From: Octopus vulgaris
Lineage: Eukaryota
DNA length: 64,000 nucleotides
Assembly: GCA_951406725.2 (NCBI GenBank)
Contig: OX597819.1
Span: 78,864,001-78,928,000, forward strand
Direction of reading: 5' to 3'
Below the pieces are notes generated by a model, which saw only the letters and a program-made list of their open reading frames with translations, was not told the origin of the DNA and searched no databases. A program made the translations under genes and the position numbers. Each line of letters starts with the position of its first letter. Position 1 is the first letter of the stretch. Shown here piece after piece: positions 11,233-23,769 of the stretch.

Positions 11233-11877
11233 CTCTACGCGTTTTAGTAGGATTATATGTGTAATTCTATATCCATTGTTTTGTATGTATGTGTGAATGC
11301 ATATGCTTTTTTTTTTTTTATTCTTATTTATTTTATTTCATTTAGTCGCATGTGAGTGTTTATACAAGGTTTTGTATGCGGAAGCAGTTGTATGTCACGG
11401 TGTGTATGTATGTGTGTGTGTGTGTACGTACTAATTCGTGTGTGCGTGTGTGCGCGCCAGTTTGTATGAGGTACGGGCTAATGTGTATGAATGTGTGTGT
11501 ATGCGTCTGTCTGTATGTGGCACGGACTAGTGTGCACGAATGTGTGTGTGTGTGCCAAATTTGTGAGATGTATGATTTTTGCTATAATGAGGTTTCTTTC
11601 ATTACAAGCTAATAAATAAAAGGAAATAAATTATAATTTCAAGTAAAACAGAAACTGTGGTTAAAGAACATCGGTGACGGCGGCGGCTGAGTTTGTGAGA
11701 GCGTGACGGCCGCCGTCATCATCATCATCATCATCATCATCATCGTCACCCTTGTTTTCAGGAAATGGTATGAAGCTATGATGAAGGAAAAACTAGGTAG
11801 ATTAACGAATAAATAAATAAATAAATAAATAAATAGGTAGGTAGGTGTAGAGAGAGAAGGGGGCAGGGACAGATACA

Positions 11878-12684
11878 TCTCTCTCTATATATATATATTT
11901 CTTTATTGCCCACAAGGGGCTAAACATAGAGGGGACAAACAAGGACAGACAAAGGGATTAAGTTGATTACATCGACCCCAGTGCGTAACTGATACTTTAT
12001 TTATCGACCCCGAAAGGATGAAAGGCAAAGTCGACCTCGGCGGAATTTGAACTCAGAACGTAACGACAGATGAAATACCTATTTCTATTTCTTTATTACC
12101 CACAAGGGGCTAAACATAGAGGGGACAAACAAGGACAGACAAAGGGATTAAGTCAGGTTACATCGACCCCAGTGCGTAACTGATACTTTATTTATCGACC
12201 CCGAAAGGATGAAAGGCAAAGTCGACCTCGGCGGAATTTGAACTCACAACGTTGCGACAGATGAAATACCGCTAAGCATTTCGCCCGGCGCGCTAACGTG
12301 TCTGCCAGCGTGTATGGCAGGTTTGGTAGCCTTCAACTATCACTATCTCCTCTGAGACCCTGCGGCGCAAGTTGACCAAAAATTGAGAGTATGATAGAAG
12401 AAGGCTTGCTCTTCCTTCCGTAGAAGAAAAAATTCAAATCGGACCATGTTAACACCAAAAATTATTTACATCAAAAAGGTGCTTTTTTTTTTTCTATGAA
12501 AATCCCTATTTTTTTTTACAATTTTTTGACTGCTGTGTCACCGCCATTTTTCGGTGTATTTCAACCAGAAAAATGTTCACTTAAAGAGAATAACAAGCTA
12601 CATAATGCAAAATGTTTACTTTTCAAAAATTCCAATTCTAAAGGGTTCGAAACAAACCTGAGCAACGCCAGGCGATACTGCTAG
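11878..12684 (+). mobile_element. Non-autonomous Helitron with a nested SINE B dimer
   Basis: 3' end: hairpin CCTG-a-GC-aac-GC-CAGG (12657-12672), then CTAG (12681-12684) followed by T; candidate 5' end A|TC at 11877/11878 (less certain). Confidence 0.65.
11897..12309 (-). mobile_element. Young tandem dimer of SINE family B (Meta-domain-like)
   Basis: 11897-12080 and 12087-12309 are nearly identical and retain their CpGs. Confidence 0.92.
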
Positions 12685-13054
12685 TAGAGTGATAGACGGA
12701 TAGACAGGTAGAGAGATGTAGATAGATCAGTGGTTGTAGTTGTTTAACCCAAGGTCAATCATGATCAGGATTAACTTCTAATTATGACCATCTTTTTTTT
12801 TACCGTCTTTTTCCAGCAGTGTATCTAGAATTACATTTTATATTATCCAATTTGTTCCTCACGGTAGGGATGGATGTGCAGGTTTACTTAATATTTTTAA
12901 CAAGTTTTAGCAACCATATAGAGCTGCGTCCCTCAAACATTTCCTGCTTAAGGTCCCCTTTGATTTTCTCTTTTACACGGATGGACCCTCATAGCTATTC
13001 CATGTTTTAAAAAAAATCCTATTATATTTTTAGAATTGAATATTATTAGGAATA

Positions 13055-13410
13055 ATTTGTTTCAGCTATCTGACTGTGGTCATTCTCGAGCACCGCCTCG
13101 AAGGGTTTTAGTCGAACAAATCGACCACAGGACCTATTATTTAAGCCTAGTATTTATTCTATCGGTCTCTTTTGCCAAACCGTTAAGTTACAGGGACGTA
13201 ATCATACCAAAACCTGTTGTCAAGCAGTAATGGATGGCAGACATATTTACGATGGACTTCTTACAGTTTCTCTCTACCAAATCCACTCATAAGGTTTTGG
13301 TTGACCTGAGGCTATAGAAGAAGACACTTGCCTAAGTCGCCATACAATGGAACTGAACCCAGAACCATGTGGTTGGAGAGCAAGCTTCTCACCACAAAGC
13401 CACGCCTGCT
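13055..13410 (-). mobile_element. SINE family A
   Basis: Reverse complement of head, body and tail. Confidence 0.85.
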
Positions 13411-14002
13411 CCTATTGAAAATGAAAGTTATTTAATTTATATTTTGCACTGTTGCAGTTTATTGCAGATATATTTTAACAACAAAATCCTATATGGACCC
13501 TGGTTGAGAATCACTGATATATAGTCTCTCTCTTTCTCTCTGAATCCCCTTCTCTTAGAAGAGCATTAGACCAGTGTTTCCCCTAAGAGAATTTTGTGGA
13601 ACCACTGAGTTCTGTGAAAAGATTCTGGCGTTCCAAAAAATGTTTTTGAATAAAATTTAAATAAACTTTAATTTTATGAAAAAACAAAAGATGTTTTCCT
13701 TCATGGATATAATGTTAATATTATATGAATAAATTCTGTCTCTGAAGCCAGTTTTGGTTCATTTAATGTTCTCTTAAAATTAAGGCAGATGGGGCTTATC
13801 TATAAAATATAGGTATTGCTTCAACAGTTTTAAGAATCATATAAGTGTTCCACAACTAAAGAAGCTTGAGTAAGACTGAAATCAACTGAAGACAGATTTG
13901 TGCTGGGTATCAGTAAGTTGGATAGACTTGTGAATAGGCTGGTGATTAGGAGAGAGAGAGAGAGTAGGTGGGAGAGATAGGTATTTTGAATATGTTGATA
14001 TA

Positions 14003-14382
14003 CACTACCGTCAGAAATTAATTAGCACCCTTGATTTGCTCTTCACTCAAGGTATGTGCTGTCACCTAGTGGCCATATCTCGAACTATTGCTTTGTTGCG
14101 AGTTCACTGTTGCGCAGAACGATGACGTAACTTTGTTTGCAGAGCAGTTTGAGAGTCTACACCCTTATGATGTTGACATAGCAGTGCAACAACAACTTGG
14201 AGTGCGGATGCAGACAAATCTTCCTTTGTTTAATAGATATAGGTAGCGCCTCGCAAGGACCGAAATCACACCATACTAAGTTTTCTCATCGCGTAAGACA
14301 TTTTGAACAGCTCATAGGTTAATTGATTTAATCTATTTAATGTAGAAATTTGAGAAGTGCTAATTAATTTCTGACGCAAGTG
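14003..14382. mobile_element. Tc1/mariner-type MITE, 380 bp
   Basis: 26-bp TIRs CACTACCGTCAGAAATTAATTAGCAC / GTGCTAATTAATTTCTGACGCAAGTG (24/26 match), TA on both flanks. Confidence 0.9.
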
Positions 14383-15369
14383 TATATAGTTTTCACGTGG
14401 CACTGAGCCTGCAAGGTTAGGAATGCTTAGCTGGAGAGGGATGCAGGGGACATAGTCTCTTTTGGCCTGGTAACTATGGCTGGATGCCCTTCCTAATGCC
14501 AACTGCGCTACAGAGTGTATTGTGTGCTTAGAATAAGTATATTGGTATCAGGGACAAACTGAATTACCTTTAACCAGAAATGGAATCTCAGTTGCCAATT
14601 CAATCTGACTGGCGCTTACTTCTTGTTCTCTGCTTGTTTGTCATTTTTGGCCTAAATTAAAAACATCAAAGCATAGGCACACATACACACAACCACACAC
14701 ACACACACACACATGCAGGTGGAAGTGAGAAAGAGAAGGGTGTTTGAGTGAGTCTGTGTAATGTTGCTAAGTGTCTGCTAATTGTTCGTTAAATAAACCA
14801 AACTGGATAGGCAGGTCATGAACATCCCTTGTTAATTGACTCAAGTGTGTGCTGTATGTAAGCCTCTCTCTGTGTGCATGTGTGTGTGTGTGTGTTGTGT
14901 TAGCAGCTTAAGTAAAGTGAATTGTCTTTAGCAGGGAATTACCAACAGATTGTTGTACTTAGCTTTGATGCATCGGCAGTCCTATCGATGTAATAAGCTC
15001 AGTCATTCAGTATTTTGTCTTAGATATTAGTCGTGTAGATCGTTGTGAGTGATGGGTGGTGGTGGTGGTAGTGATGGTGGTGTTTTGTTTTGTTTTTATT
15101 TTTTGCTCTTTTTTTTTTTTTCATTTCTTTATATTTTCTCTCCTCACAGTTTAAGAAGTAAAGAGCTTTTTGGGAAAATTAATATTGTTGACATTTAGTC
15201 TGAATTGGTCATTGTTATTTTTGTTGTTATGACGAGGATGATGCTTATCATCAGCAGTGGCAACATCAGCAATAATAGCATTAACATCTGTTGAAAGATT
15301 ATCATCACTTGCAAAATTATCAGCAACATTATCATTGTCGCCATCGTCGTCATCATCATCATATAAAAG

Positions 15370-15740
15370 GGGCACATGTGGCTGTGTGGTAAGAAGCTTG
15401 CTCCCCAACCACATGGTTCTGGGTTCAGTTCCATTGTGTGGTACATTGGGCAAGTGTCTTTTACTGCAGCCTTGGGCCAACCAAAGCTTTGTGAGTGGAT
15501 TTAGTAGACGGAAACTGTAAGAAGCCCTTCGTAAATATGTGTGTCTGTCAGTCTGTCTGTCGCCCATCACCGCTTGACAACCAGTTTTGATATGATTACA
15601 TCCCTGTAACTTAATGGTTTGGCAAAAGAGACCAACAGAATAATTAGTAGGCTTAAATGATAGGTCCTGGGGTCGATTTGTTTGATAAAACCCTTCGAGG
15701 CGGTGCTCCTGCATAACCACAGTCAGATAGCTGAAACAAA
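15370..15740 (+). mobile_element. SINE family A
   Basis: TGGCTGTGTGGTAAGAAGCTTG...GGTTCAGTTCC...GGGCAAGTGTCTT plus tail. Confidence 0.9.
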
Positions 15741-15876
15741 TATAGTTGTACAGTTGATTTAGCATCTATCTGTTTCCCTTATTTAGAGGTCCTTAATCGA
15801 GTACTATAATTGTCCCTTAATATCTGGCCTCCCCTAGACACAGGAGTTTTAGTGAAGCTATTTCTGAAATGAAAAA

Positions 15877-16103
15877 TTAACTCTTTAAGCATTCAAAACA
15901 ATCTATCTTATGCAATGCTTTTTCATTCACATTTTAAGTTAATCCATGCATTATCTCATAGTTTTGAGATTTCAGTGATATGGTTGTTTATTTTTAGAAT
16001 GACATTGTTGGGTAGGTATGAGAGGTCAGATCTGCTCAATTTGAATGCAAAATAGGTAGAATATTTGGGCTAGATATGGCCAGTTTGAATGCTAAAGGAT
16101 TGA
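15877..16103. mobile_element. piggyBac-like MITE
   Basis: TTAA-CTCTTTAAGCATTCAAA ... TTTGAATGCTAAAGGA-TTGA; opposite orientation to the copy at 35641-35860. Confidence 0.7.
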
Positions 16104-16449
16104 GACATGGAGTAAGTGTTGTATGTATCATCATTACATTGTAGATAATTTGTGTTATTGTCTCACTGTAGTTTTGTATTGCTCTTGTTTTTTGTTTTTA
16201 TTTTTAATTTAATTTAACACGGGTGTGGTTATAGGGAACCTGAGAAGTATTGAACCATCGAGGTGAGAATGATCTTATGACTTTAGATTTCTGAGACCTG
16301 TGTTTTTATTATACTATCTTATGCAATACTCCCTTAAGGCATATCATGTAGCAGTTGAAGTAGGCTGCCAGGACAAGAATATAAAGAATTTTTATATTGG
16401 CAGCATTTAGGAATCCTTGGGACTGTCCTCCAGCAAGCCCATTTATGCA

Positions 16450-17860
16450 TTAAAATATGGAAATTGTGGACTATGTAAATATCAGGTTTCCCCCTTCTAA
16501 ACCATGTGAGGGTCATCCTGGAAAATTGAAAACTTTGAACTTCTAGCTCTAGTTTGGTTGCAAAGGGCATTGGAAGGAAAACTAGTTATCAGTGTTTTCA
16601 TCATGTGACTAGATTTTTTTTTTTAGGGCTCTTCACTGCCATAACTTCTGTCTTTTGCAAAGCACTGACTTAGCGATGAGACTGTTTATTTACTCAGATC
16701 CAGTAGAGAATGAGATGATAACTATATTTGATGATAGAGTAGCATTTAGGGCATTGATGTTGCATGTCAATGGAGTATATTTCTTCCCTTTCTCCACAAA
16801 GTATGCTAGCATCAATATTGCCATTTGGTTTTCCCACAGAGAATGTCCATAGGTATATTTTTACCTAGCTCTTCCTTCAAGTTATAACACCACTTGGTGT
16901 TTGGCAGCAGTGAGAAAGACTGTACTTTGTTGTGATGGGTCTAATAAGGCTGAAACATGTCAAGAGTTATGATTTTACTGCCACACAGATTCACCATACA
17001 TTACATTGGTTGCATTGTATTTTCATTAATTCTAACTAAAATTTTGGAAGCTGCTTTCTTTGCCTGTTTTGACCAGTATTGCTAATTAATTTAATAATTA
17101 CTTTTCCACACACTCTGGGTGTAATTTTAATCACTTAAAACTTCTTGGCTAACAATGTTAGGCTTAAATATGTTAACACCACACTTACTGTCTTTATATA
17201 GACAACTGCTGTCTGAATTTCTCTTTACTTGTCCGTCGCTGTCTCTTTGTCTATCTCCTTCTTTTATTATACTCAAACAAGACTTTTTTAATGATATTGT
17301 GGATAATGAATAAAGCCTAATTAAAATGTCCTTTTCTCGAAAATTTATAATTAAAATCAATTCTTGAAGATTCCTGCCAAGTTTGTGTTGTGTCCCAAGA
17401 ATCAGTCTGTTGACACAAACTTGTGTAGAGGAATGGTTATTGAAATGATTAGATCTATTTTATCATAGGTCTGTGACAGTTGTAACCTTCAACATCAGGA
17501 ATCCTTTGAAAGACAGAGAGTGATTGAAGAGTCCCTCCACCCATAACTCTCTTTTTTTTAGATACCCATTACACATAGATAATCTTTTGTAGGTAATCTA
17601 TAAAAAAATAAAAAATAAAATAATTATGTTTGGCACCATTAATTGTTATCTTTAGTTTCTCCAGATGTTTCAACAAGATTCCTTTTGCTTGTTTATCCAT
17701 TCTTGTAAGCAGAATCATTTAAATAAATTCTATTGGGATCATATACTACAACAACTGTTATTAGTGAATGTTTTAAACATTCTTATGGGACAATAATCAC
17801 TCTAATAGGTATGGCATGAAGCAGGGTCTCCCAAATCTGCTATCTCATTCCTTAACAACA
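16450..17860 (+). pseudogene. Heavily decayed non-LTR retrotransposon ORF (zinc-finger-like N terminus plus RT remnants, possibly R2/NeSL-like)
   Basis: Fragments read across frameshifts: CGLCKYQ...NHVR (~16470), PIT (~17566), IVIFSFSRCFNKIP (~17642-17683, cf. DFxKAFD), GMKQGLP (~17813-17833, cf. GVxQGxP), in the expected order. Confidence 0.4.
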
Positions 17861-18081
17861 ATGTTAAGAGCACATCTTATGCAACCAACCATCACACTGA
17901 ACTACGTAAACACATAAGCACACACACATCACAAAAACACTAGGTTTCACATTGAACATCTCCACAACATATACACAATACATATAAGTGACATAGTGAG
18001 AACACAATGGCTATACTTAGAGCAGTACTACATTTAGTAAAGGGAAAGAAACCAAAAAAAAAAGAATCATATTTAAACAAT

Positions 18082-18495
18082 GCAGGAGTGGTTGTGTGGT
18101 AAGTAGCTTGCTAACCAACCACATAGTTCCGGGTTCAGTCCCACTGCGTGGCACCTTGGGCAAGTGTCTTCTACTATAGCCTCGGGCCGACCAAAGCCTT
18201 GTGAGTGGATTTGGTAGAGGGAAACTGAAAGAAGCCCGTCGTATATATGTATATATATATATGCGTGTGTGTGTTTGTGTGTCTGTGTTTGTCCCCTTAG
18301 CATTGCTTGACAACTGATGCTGGTGTGTTTATGTCCCCGTTACTTAGTGGTTCGACAAAAGAGACCGATAGAATAAGTACTGAGCTTACAAAAGAATAAG
18401 TCCAGGGGTCGAGTTGCTTGATTAAAGGCAGTGCTCCAGCATGGCCACAGTCAAATGACTGAAACAAGTGAAAGAAAAAAGGAAAAAAAAAAGAA
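18082..18495 (+). mobile_element. Near-consensus SINE family A flanked by a ~105-bp direct repeat
   Basis: Full head, body and tail; 17977-18084 is repeated at 18496-18600. Confidence 0.92.
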
Positions 18496-18618
18496 AATAC
18501 ATACAAGTGACATAGTGACAACACAATGGCTATACTTAGAGCAGTACTACATTTAATGAAGGGAAAGAAACAAAAACAAAAATCATATTTAAACAATGCA
18601 TGAAATTCATCATGAACT

Positions 18619-18999
18619 AGAATGACACAACTGAGTACCACTGTTTGGTTGCTGGCAGTCGGCATGAGTGATAGGACATTCAACCTGTTTTGGTGGCAGT
18701 ATGCTTTGGTACTTCAGGCAAACACATTTATATATGCACACTCTCATAGAAATATACAGACAGGGAGAGAGAGAGAGAGAGATATTACATATACATCCAA
18801 ACATAGCGAGATGCTCACACGCATAAACAGTGAGGAAGTGGGGAGAGAGAGAGAGAGAAAGAGAAGCAGGGAGAACAGGAGAAACATTAAAATCAGAACA
18901 TTAAAATATGCCTGATGTCAAATAAGTCAGCCTCAAATCATTGATGCCATGGCATGAAAAGAGCTGTGCCAAACTGGCTGTGCAAAAATATCACATACC
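18619..18999. mobile_element. Unclassified MITE-like element; second, inverted copy at 62702-63138
   Basis: Shared GGACATTCAACCTGTTTTGGTG block and matching terminus (...TCACATACC). Confidence 0.6.
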
Positions 19000-19057
19000 T
19001 CTCTGGGCTATGGCAGCCCTACCTAAAGGGTAAAAATAAGGGTAAAGGCGCCCACTG

Positions 19058-20250
19058 GTCATGAATGACCCTGGGATTGCACCTAGAAAGTTGCCCTCGT
19101 TCTAGGCAAGCTGGGTGGAATGCTTAGCGGTATTTTGTCTACCGTTACGTTCTGAGCTCAATTTCCATTGAGGTCGACATTACCTTTCATCCTTTCGGGG
19201 TTAATTAAGTACCAGTTACGCGCTGGGGTCGATGTAATCGACGTAATCCCTTTGTCTGTCCTTGTTTGTCCCTTCTGTGTTTAACCCCTTGTGGGCAATA
19301 AAGAAATAAGAAAGTTGCCCTCTGAGGCAAGTCCGGGCAAGGTAGTCTCCCATGCATACCGGCCTCCCCTCTCCATGCCACTGATGTTATTGAAGGGAAA
19401 GACAAAGGCTGATACAGCTTGATTTTTTTTTTTTTTAGGCACATGGCCTTTATAAAGAGGGGACACCACAAGGACATATAAAACACGTATCAAATGGACT
19501 ATGACTATGACAAAAAAAATGAGGATGAAATGGCTTACTTGCCCCACAAAGCAAGCAGTTTCATTTTACTGTTCTTTTAAATTACAGTTCACTTTACAGT
19601 CATTTATCTTTTTTTTTTTTTATTATTAACATACATATACAACAAATATTGCATAAGATTGTCGAAAATTACAACAGGCGGCAACTCTTCGTATCTAAAC
19701 TGAAGTGGTGATACTTCAACTCTTTTTTTTTTTTTCCAAACAGTTCTACTAATCTCTCCCCTCTTTCTCTCTCCAATAGCACGCCCTTCTTACTTTCTGA
19801 TTTTGCCATTTTCACTCTGATAACATTTTTCATCTTTGTTAATGTCTTTTCAATTTCAACACTTTTTACACATTCTACAAGGTTTCATAAATTTCTCCCT
19901 GTATGTATCTTTCTCTGATATCTTTCACCACTCTCTTCATTCGACACATATTCCTCTGTCTCAAATTCGCTGTCTCTTTCGTTTTCATTCTTCTGTCATG
20001 CTCCTTCTTCCTAACTGATTGAAGGCAATGGTTCCTGTGCTCACGTTTCACTTGATTTTCCAATTTTCTTCTTTTCTTTTTTGTTCTCTTCCTTGTTTGT
20101 TTTTCTTTTTTCCTCCTTGGGGCTTTTAGGTAGTGATTGGAGCAATGCGAAATAAAGTGTCTTGCTCAAGTACACAACACATAGCCTGGTCCAGGGATTG
20201 AACTCACTACCTCATGATTGTGAGCCTGACTCTAACCACGGAGCCATGTA
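19058..20250 (-). mobile_element. SINE family C interrupted by two nested insertions
   Basis: Pieces 19058-19098, 19323-19421 and 20135-20250 reassemble into the reverse complement of 39029-39358. Confidence 0.8.
19099..19308 (+). mobile_element. SINE family B with a 14-bp TSD
   Basis: AGAAAGTTGCCCTC at 19085-19098 and 19309-19322. Confidence 0.9.
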
Positions 20251-20783
20251 CCTGGGCTCCCAATTTCTCCATGCAACAAACCACAAAGAACAGAAACCTA
20301 TGCACTTTGCATCCTCTTAAGCTGTAGGCAGGCCACACCTGTACACCACCTATTATATATCCAGTGAGGTAAACCTGCTAAAAAAAAAAAGAGGAAAGAC
20401 CTCATGATATGTGAAGGTCACAATTTGTTGCTGTGTCAAACTTAAATGTCCGCAGTTACTTACATGAGCATCTTCAAAACTCCCAAGCATCCAAGTAGAT
20501 ACCTTCTATACTGCTGAAAACTAATGCAATGTTATCTTAAAATATAGCTACAAAGTGTCCCGGCTTCAACACTGCATACCAAAGTGTACAGTATACTTGT
20601 CAGCTAGGTAGAACTATTGAACTAGTTGACCAGAGTCGATTTGGAGCTAGCTACACTAACAACACCATTGCCATCACTGGCCACAGTGCTACCACAATCT
20701 TTCACTATCCATACTGCTACCATTACTACTACTACTTCTGCTACTACCAGCAACAACAACAACAACCGAGGAAGCCTCTGCAT

Positions 20784-21183
20784 CAGTGGTTCTCAACCAG
20801 GGTCCATGTAACCACCTGGGGGTCCCATATAAGATTTTTTAGGCTTCACACAAGCGAATTTGTAAATTGGAGATTTGCAGTAATATTTTTAATGGTTCAT
20901 GAAAACTTCTGCTTCAGGTGTATTTATTGTAAAAAAAAAAAAAAAGACAGCTTAATTTCTTTCTCAAATGATTTTAACATCATTCAACATGTTTCTGACC
21001 ACTGAAATATGTTCTCTCAGTGAGTGCTATTGCAAGCTTACACAAATGAATGGGTGAAAAGCAAAATAGGAATTTTGGGAGAAGTATCTATAAAACTAGT
21101 CTGTTTTATAGATGGGTCCACTATGAGGTCCACCAGAATAAAATAGTAATGAAAGGAAGGGGTTCGTAGGTTAAAAAATGGTC
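20784..21183. mobile_element. hAT (Charlie/MER5-like) MITE remnant
   Basis: Begins CAGTGGTTCTCAACC; the same terminus occurs inverted at about 13490-13517 and 29500-29526. Confidence 0.6.
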
Positions 21184-21654
21184 ATTCAGTCTGCTAGAGA
21201 TAGCTGCTAAATCACCCTCAAAATGTACAAAAGGACACATTAGATAGTGCAGCCCCATCTAAGAAAACAAGACAGGATTGTCATAGTTGGAATGTCTTAG
21301 ATGTGCATAGGTCCACAACCACCACAGCCACTACAACCACCATGAAAACAACAACAACAACGACACTTTATACTCCACTCTTGTTTCAAGTGTTACTGCA
21401 ACCTTCCGCTGCGAACCACTACAGCAAACATCACCACAACAACCAGCGCAAGCACCACTCTAACCTCTACCAATACTGTTCTGTTTACTTCTTGCCTTAA
21501 ATTAAGTGATGATAGTTCTTTGATTGCTATTGTTTGTTTGTTTGTTTGTTGGCTTGTTAATTATTTCTATTGTTTCCTCTTCTTCTTATAGTCATTGTTT
21601 ATTATTACATTTATAATTAACTTCTTCACTCAGTGCTTGTGTATGTACGTGTAC

Positions 21655-21915
21655 ATTTGTGTATATATGTGTGTATATATATATATATATATTTGTGTGT
21701 GTATGTATATATATATTTGTGTATATATATATATTTGTGTGTATATGTATATATATATTTGTGTATATATATATATTTGTGTGTATATGTATATATATAT
21801 TTGTGTGTATATGTATATATATATTTGTGTGTATATGTATATATATATTTGTGTGTATATGTATATATATATTTGTGTATATATGTATATATATATATAT
21901 GTGTGTGTGTGTGTA
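21655..21915. repeat. Minisatellite of 18/24-bp ATATATATTTGTGTGTATATGTAT units
   Basis: Directly visible. Confidence 0.93.
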
Positions 21916-22959
21916 CATATATACATACGTATATGTCATAGTGTTGGTGAACTCGAACATACACGTGCACATACACAAGCACATGCATGCACGCACTTCC
22001 TCCTCCCTCATAAACTATCACCTGCTATGAGGAATAAATCTTTGAATATTGAAGAAAAAGGTTACACAAGCATTTAAGCAAGGGTTGGACCTCCACCTCC
22101 ACCTCCTCTTCTCTCCCCTCCTCCACACTCTGCAGTGTAGGTCGTGGGTGGCGGTTTGATGTAGCACTGGAAGGGGTTTTCTGTTTGTTTATTATCGTTG
22201 TATTACTGCTGCAGGCTATAGACTGTATGTGTGCGCGTGTGCATGTGTGTATGTGTGTGTAAATGTGTGTGTGTGTGTGTGTGTTTTATTGTTGTTGTCG
22301 TTGTCGTCATTATTGTTATATAGTATATTATTGTACAGTACTGCTACCATCACTTGATTTTGAGCTAATTATGAAGTAAATGTATGTAATTAAAACTGAT
22401 AATTTGCATCTCAAGTTCAAGCACTGATCACCACTGGTAGAAGATTTAATATCTTAATTATAAAGTCTGTATAGAGTGAAGGTGGTGGTTGTGGTGACAA
22501 CAGTGGCTGGTTGCAGTGATGGTGGTGGCAGCGGTGGTGGTGGTGTATGAGTAGAGGTAATGGCTGAAGGTGTTGGTGGTTTGGCGGTGTTGGTCGGTGG
22601 TGGTGGTAGGGAAGTGGTCATGTTAGCGAAATTTATGGTGGAGAATCAAAGTAGGAGTCCTTTTGTTAATTACAACAAATAAAATGTTTGAATGCCACAC
22701 ACAAAAGAACTGCAACAGCAACAACATTTCATTACGACTGCCGCCGCCACCACGACCACCTCTGCTGCCAGCACCACCATCACCACTAACACCACTGCGT
22801 CTATCTCGTCAAGAAACATAATTAGCTATCTCCCCGCATTAAATAAGCATAATATTTCATCTGGAATGGTCAAATCAGATGTTCTCATCAAAATCGCTGT
22901 TTTGATTTTTGGCTTCCGGTGAAACTGTTTCTCGGGTGAGAACAAACCAATGACTGGTG

Positions 22960-22991
<32 letters not shown>

Positions 22992-23243
22992 GTTTAGGTT
23001 ATTTCTCTATAAGAGCTGACAAGACATTGCTGTAATACAGGGGTTAGAATTTTTTTCTTTCCTAAACTTTTTCACTGCTTGGTCAAAACAGAGAAGGGTG
23101 GTACCCTGGACACCCCTCTGAAGAATTTGAACTTGGAATATGAAGAGCTGAAAGAAATGCTGCAAAGCAATTTGTCTGATGCACAAATGACTCTGCCAGC
23201 TCACAGTCCAATTAAAAACAACGATAATAATAATAATAATAGT

Positions 23244-23760
23244 GTTATCATGTACATTGTTTTGTCTTGGTATAAAAGATGGGCTATAGCAAATATTCTG
23301 CTCAATACCACAGATTTGCTTGTCAGTTGTTTGACCTTAATCAGTTGAGCATGTCCCTTAGTGGCTGACAATATGTGCATCTCTGATCACGAGCGGAAGT
23401 AGTGGGGGAGCATCATAGCCATGTGTTGAGAGGGATTTTGTGGAGTTTGAATAATTCACCTCTGGAAACATAGGTGTTTCGTTCAACATCCTTAAACAAC
23501 CCTTATTCAAGGACCTTTTGAGCGGGATGGGTTACTCGACCTGAAGAAAATTCTAACTGGGCCCCACCTGCAAGGTCATGTGCTGTTTATCTTCATATGA
23601 GATCACCATGTCGCGCACATATGGTTGTGATGCATGTGCCTGGTGTACCCTTATCAGATGGGTAGTCATGATGGGTATATTGGGCTTCGTATATTTTACC
23701 CCAGTGTCACTTTGATGGCATGAACTGCTCTCTCACTCAATAATAATAATAATAATAATA
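23244..23760 (+). mobile_element. 5'-truncated retroposon with a (TAA)n tail inserted into a (TAA)n tract; possibly the 3' end of an R4/Dong LINE
   Basis: (TAA)nTAGT on both sides (ending 23243 and 23762); Dong/R4 elements are known to target TAA repeats; the clade is an inference. Confidence 0.6.
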
Positions 23761-23769
23761 GTTTAAAAT

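Noticed and set aside
15151-15765. 204-aa ORF and similar recurring peptides (PNPLTRLWSARGYSRRHLPKVP) at 18017, 40085, 42206 and 63470
   Set aside because: Read-through of SINE family A on its antisense strand; the recurrence reflects the repeat, not a protein family
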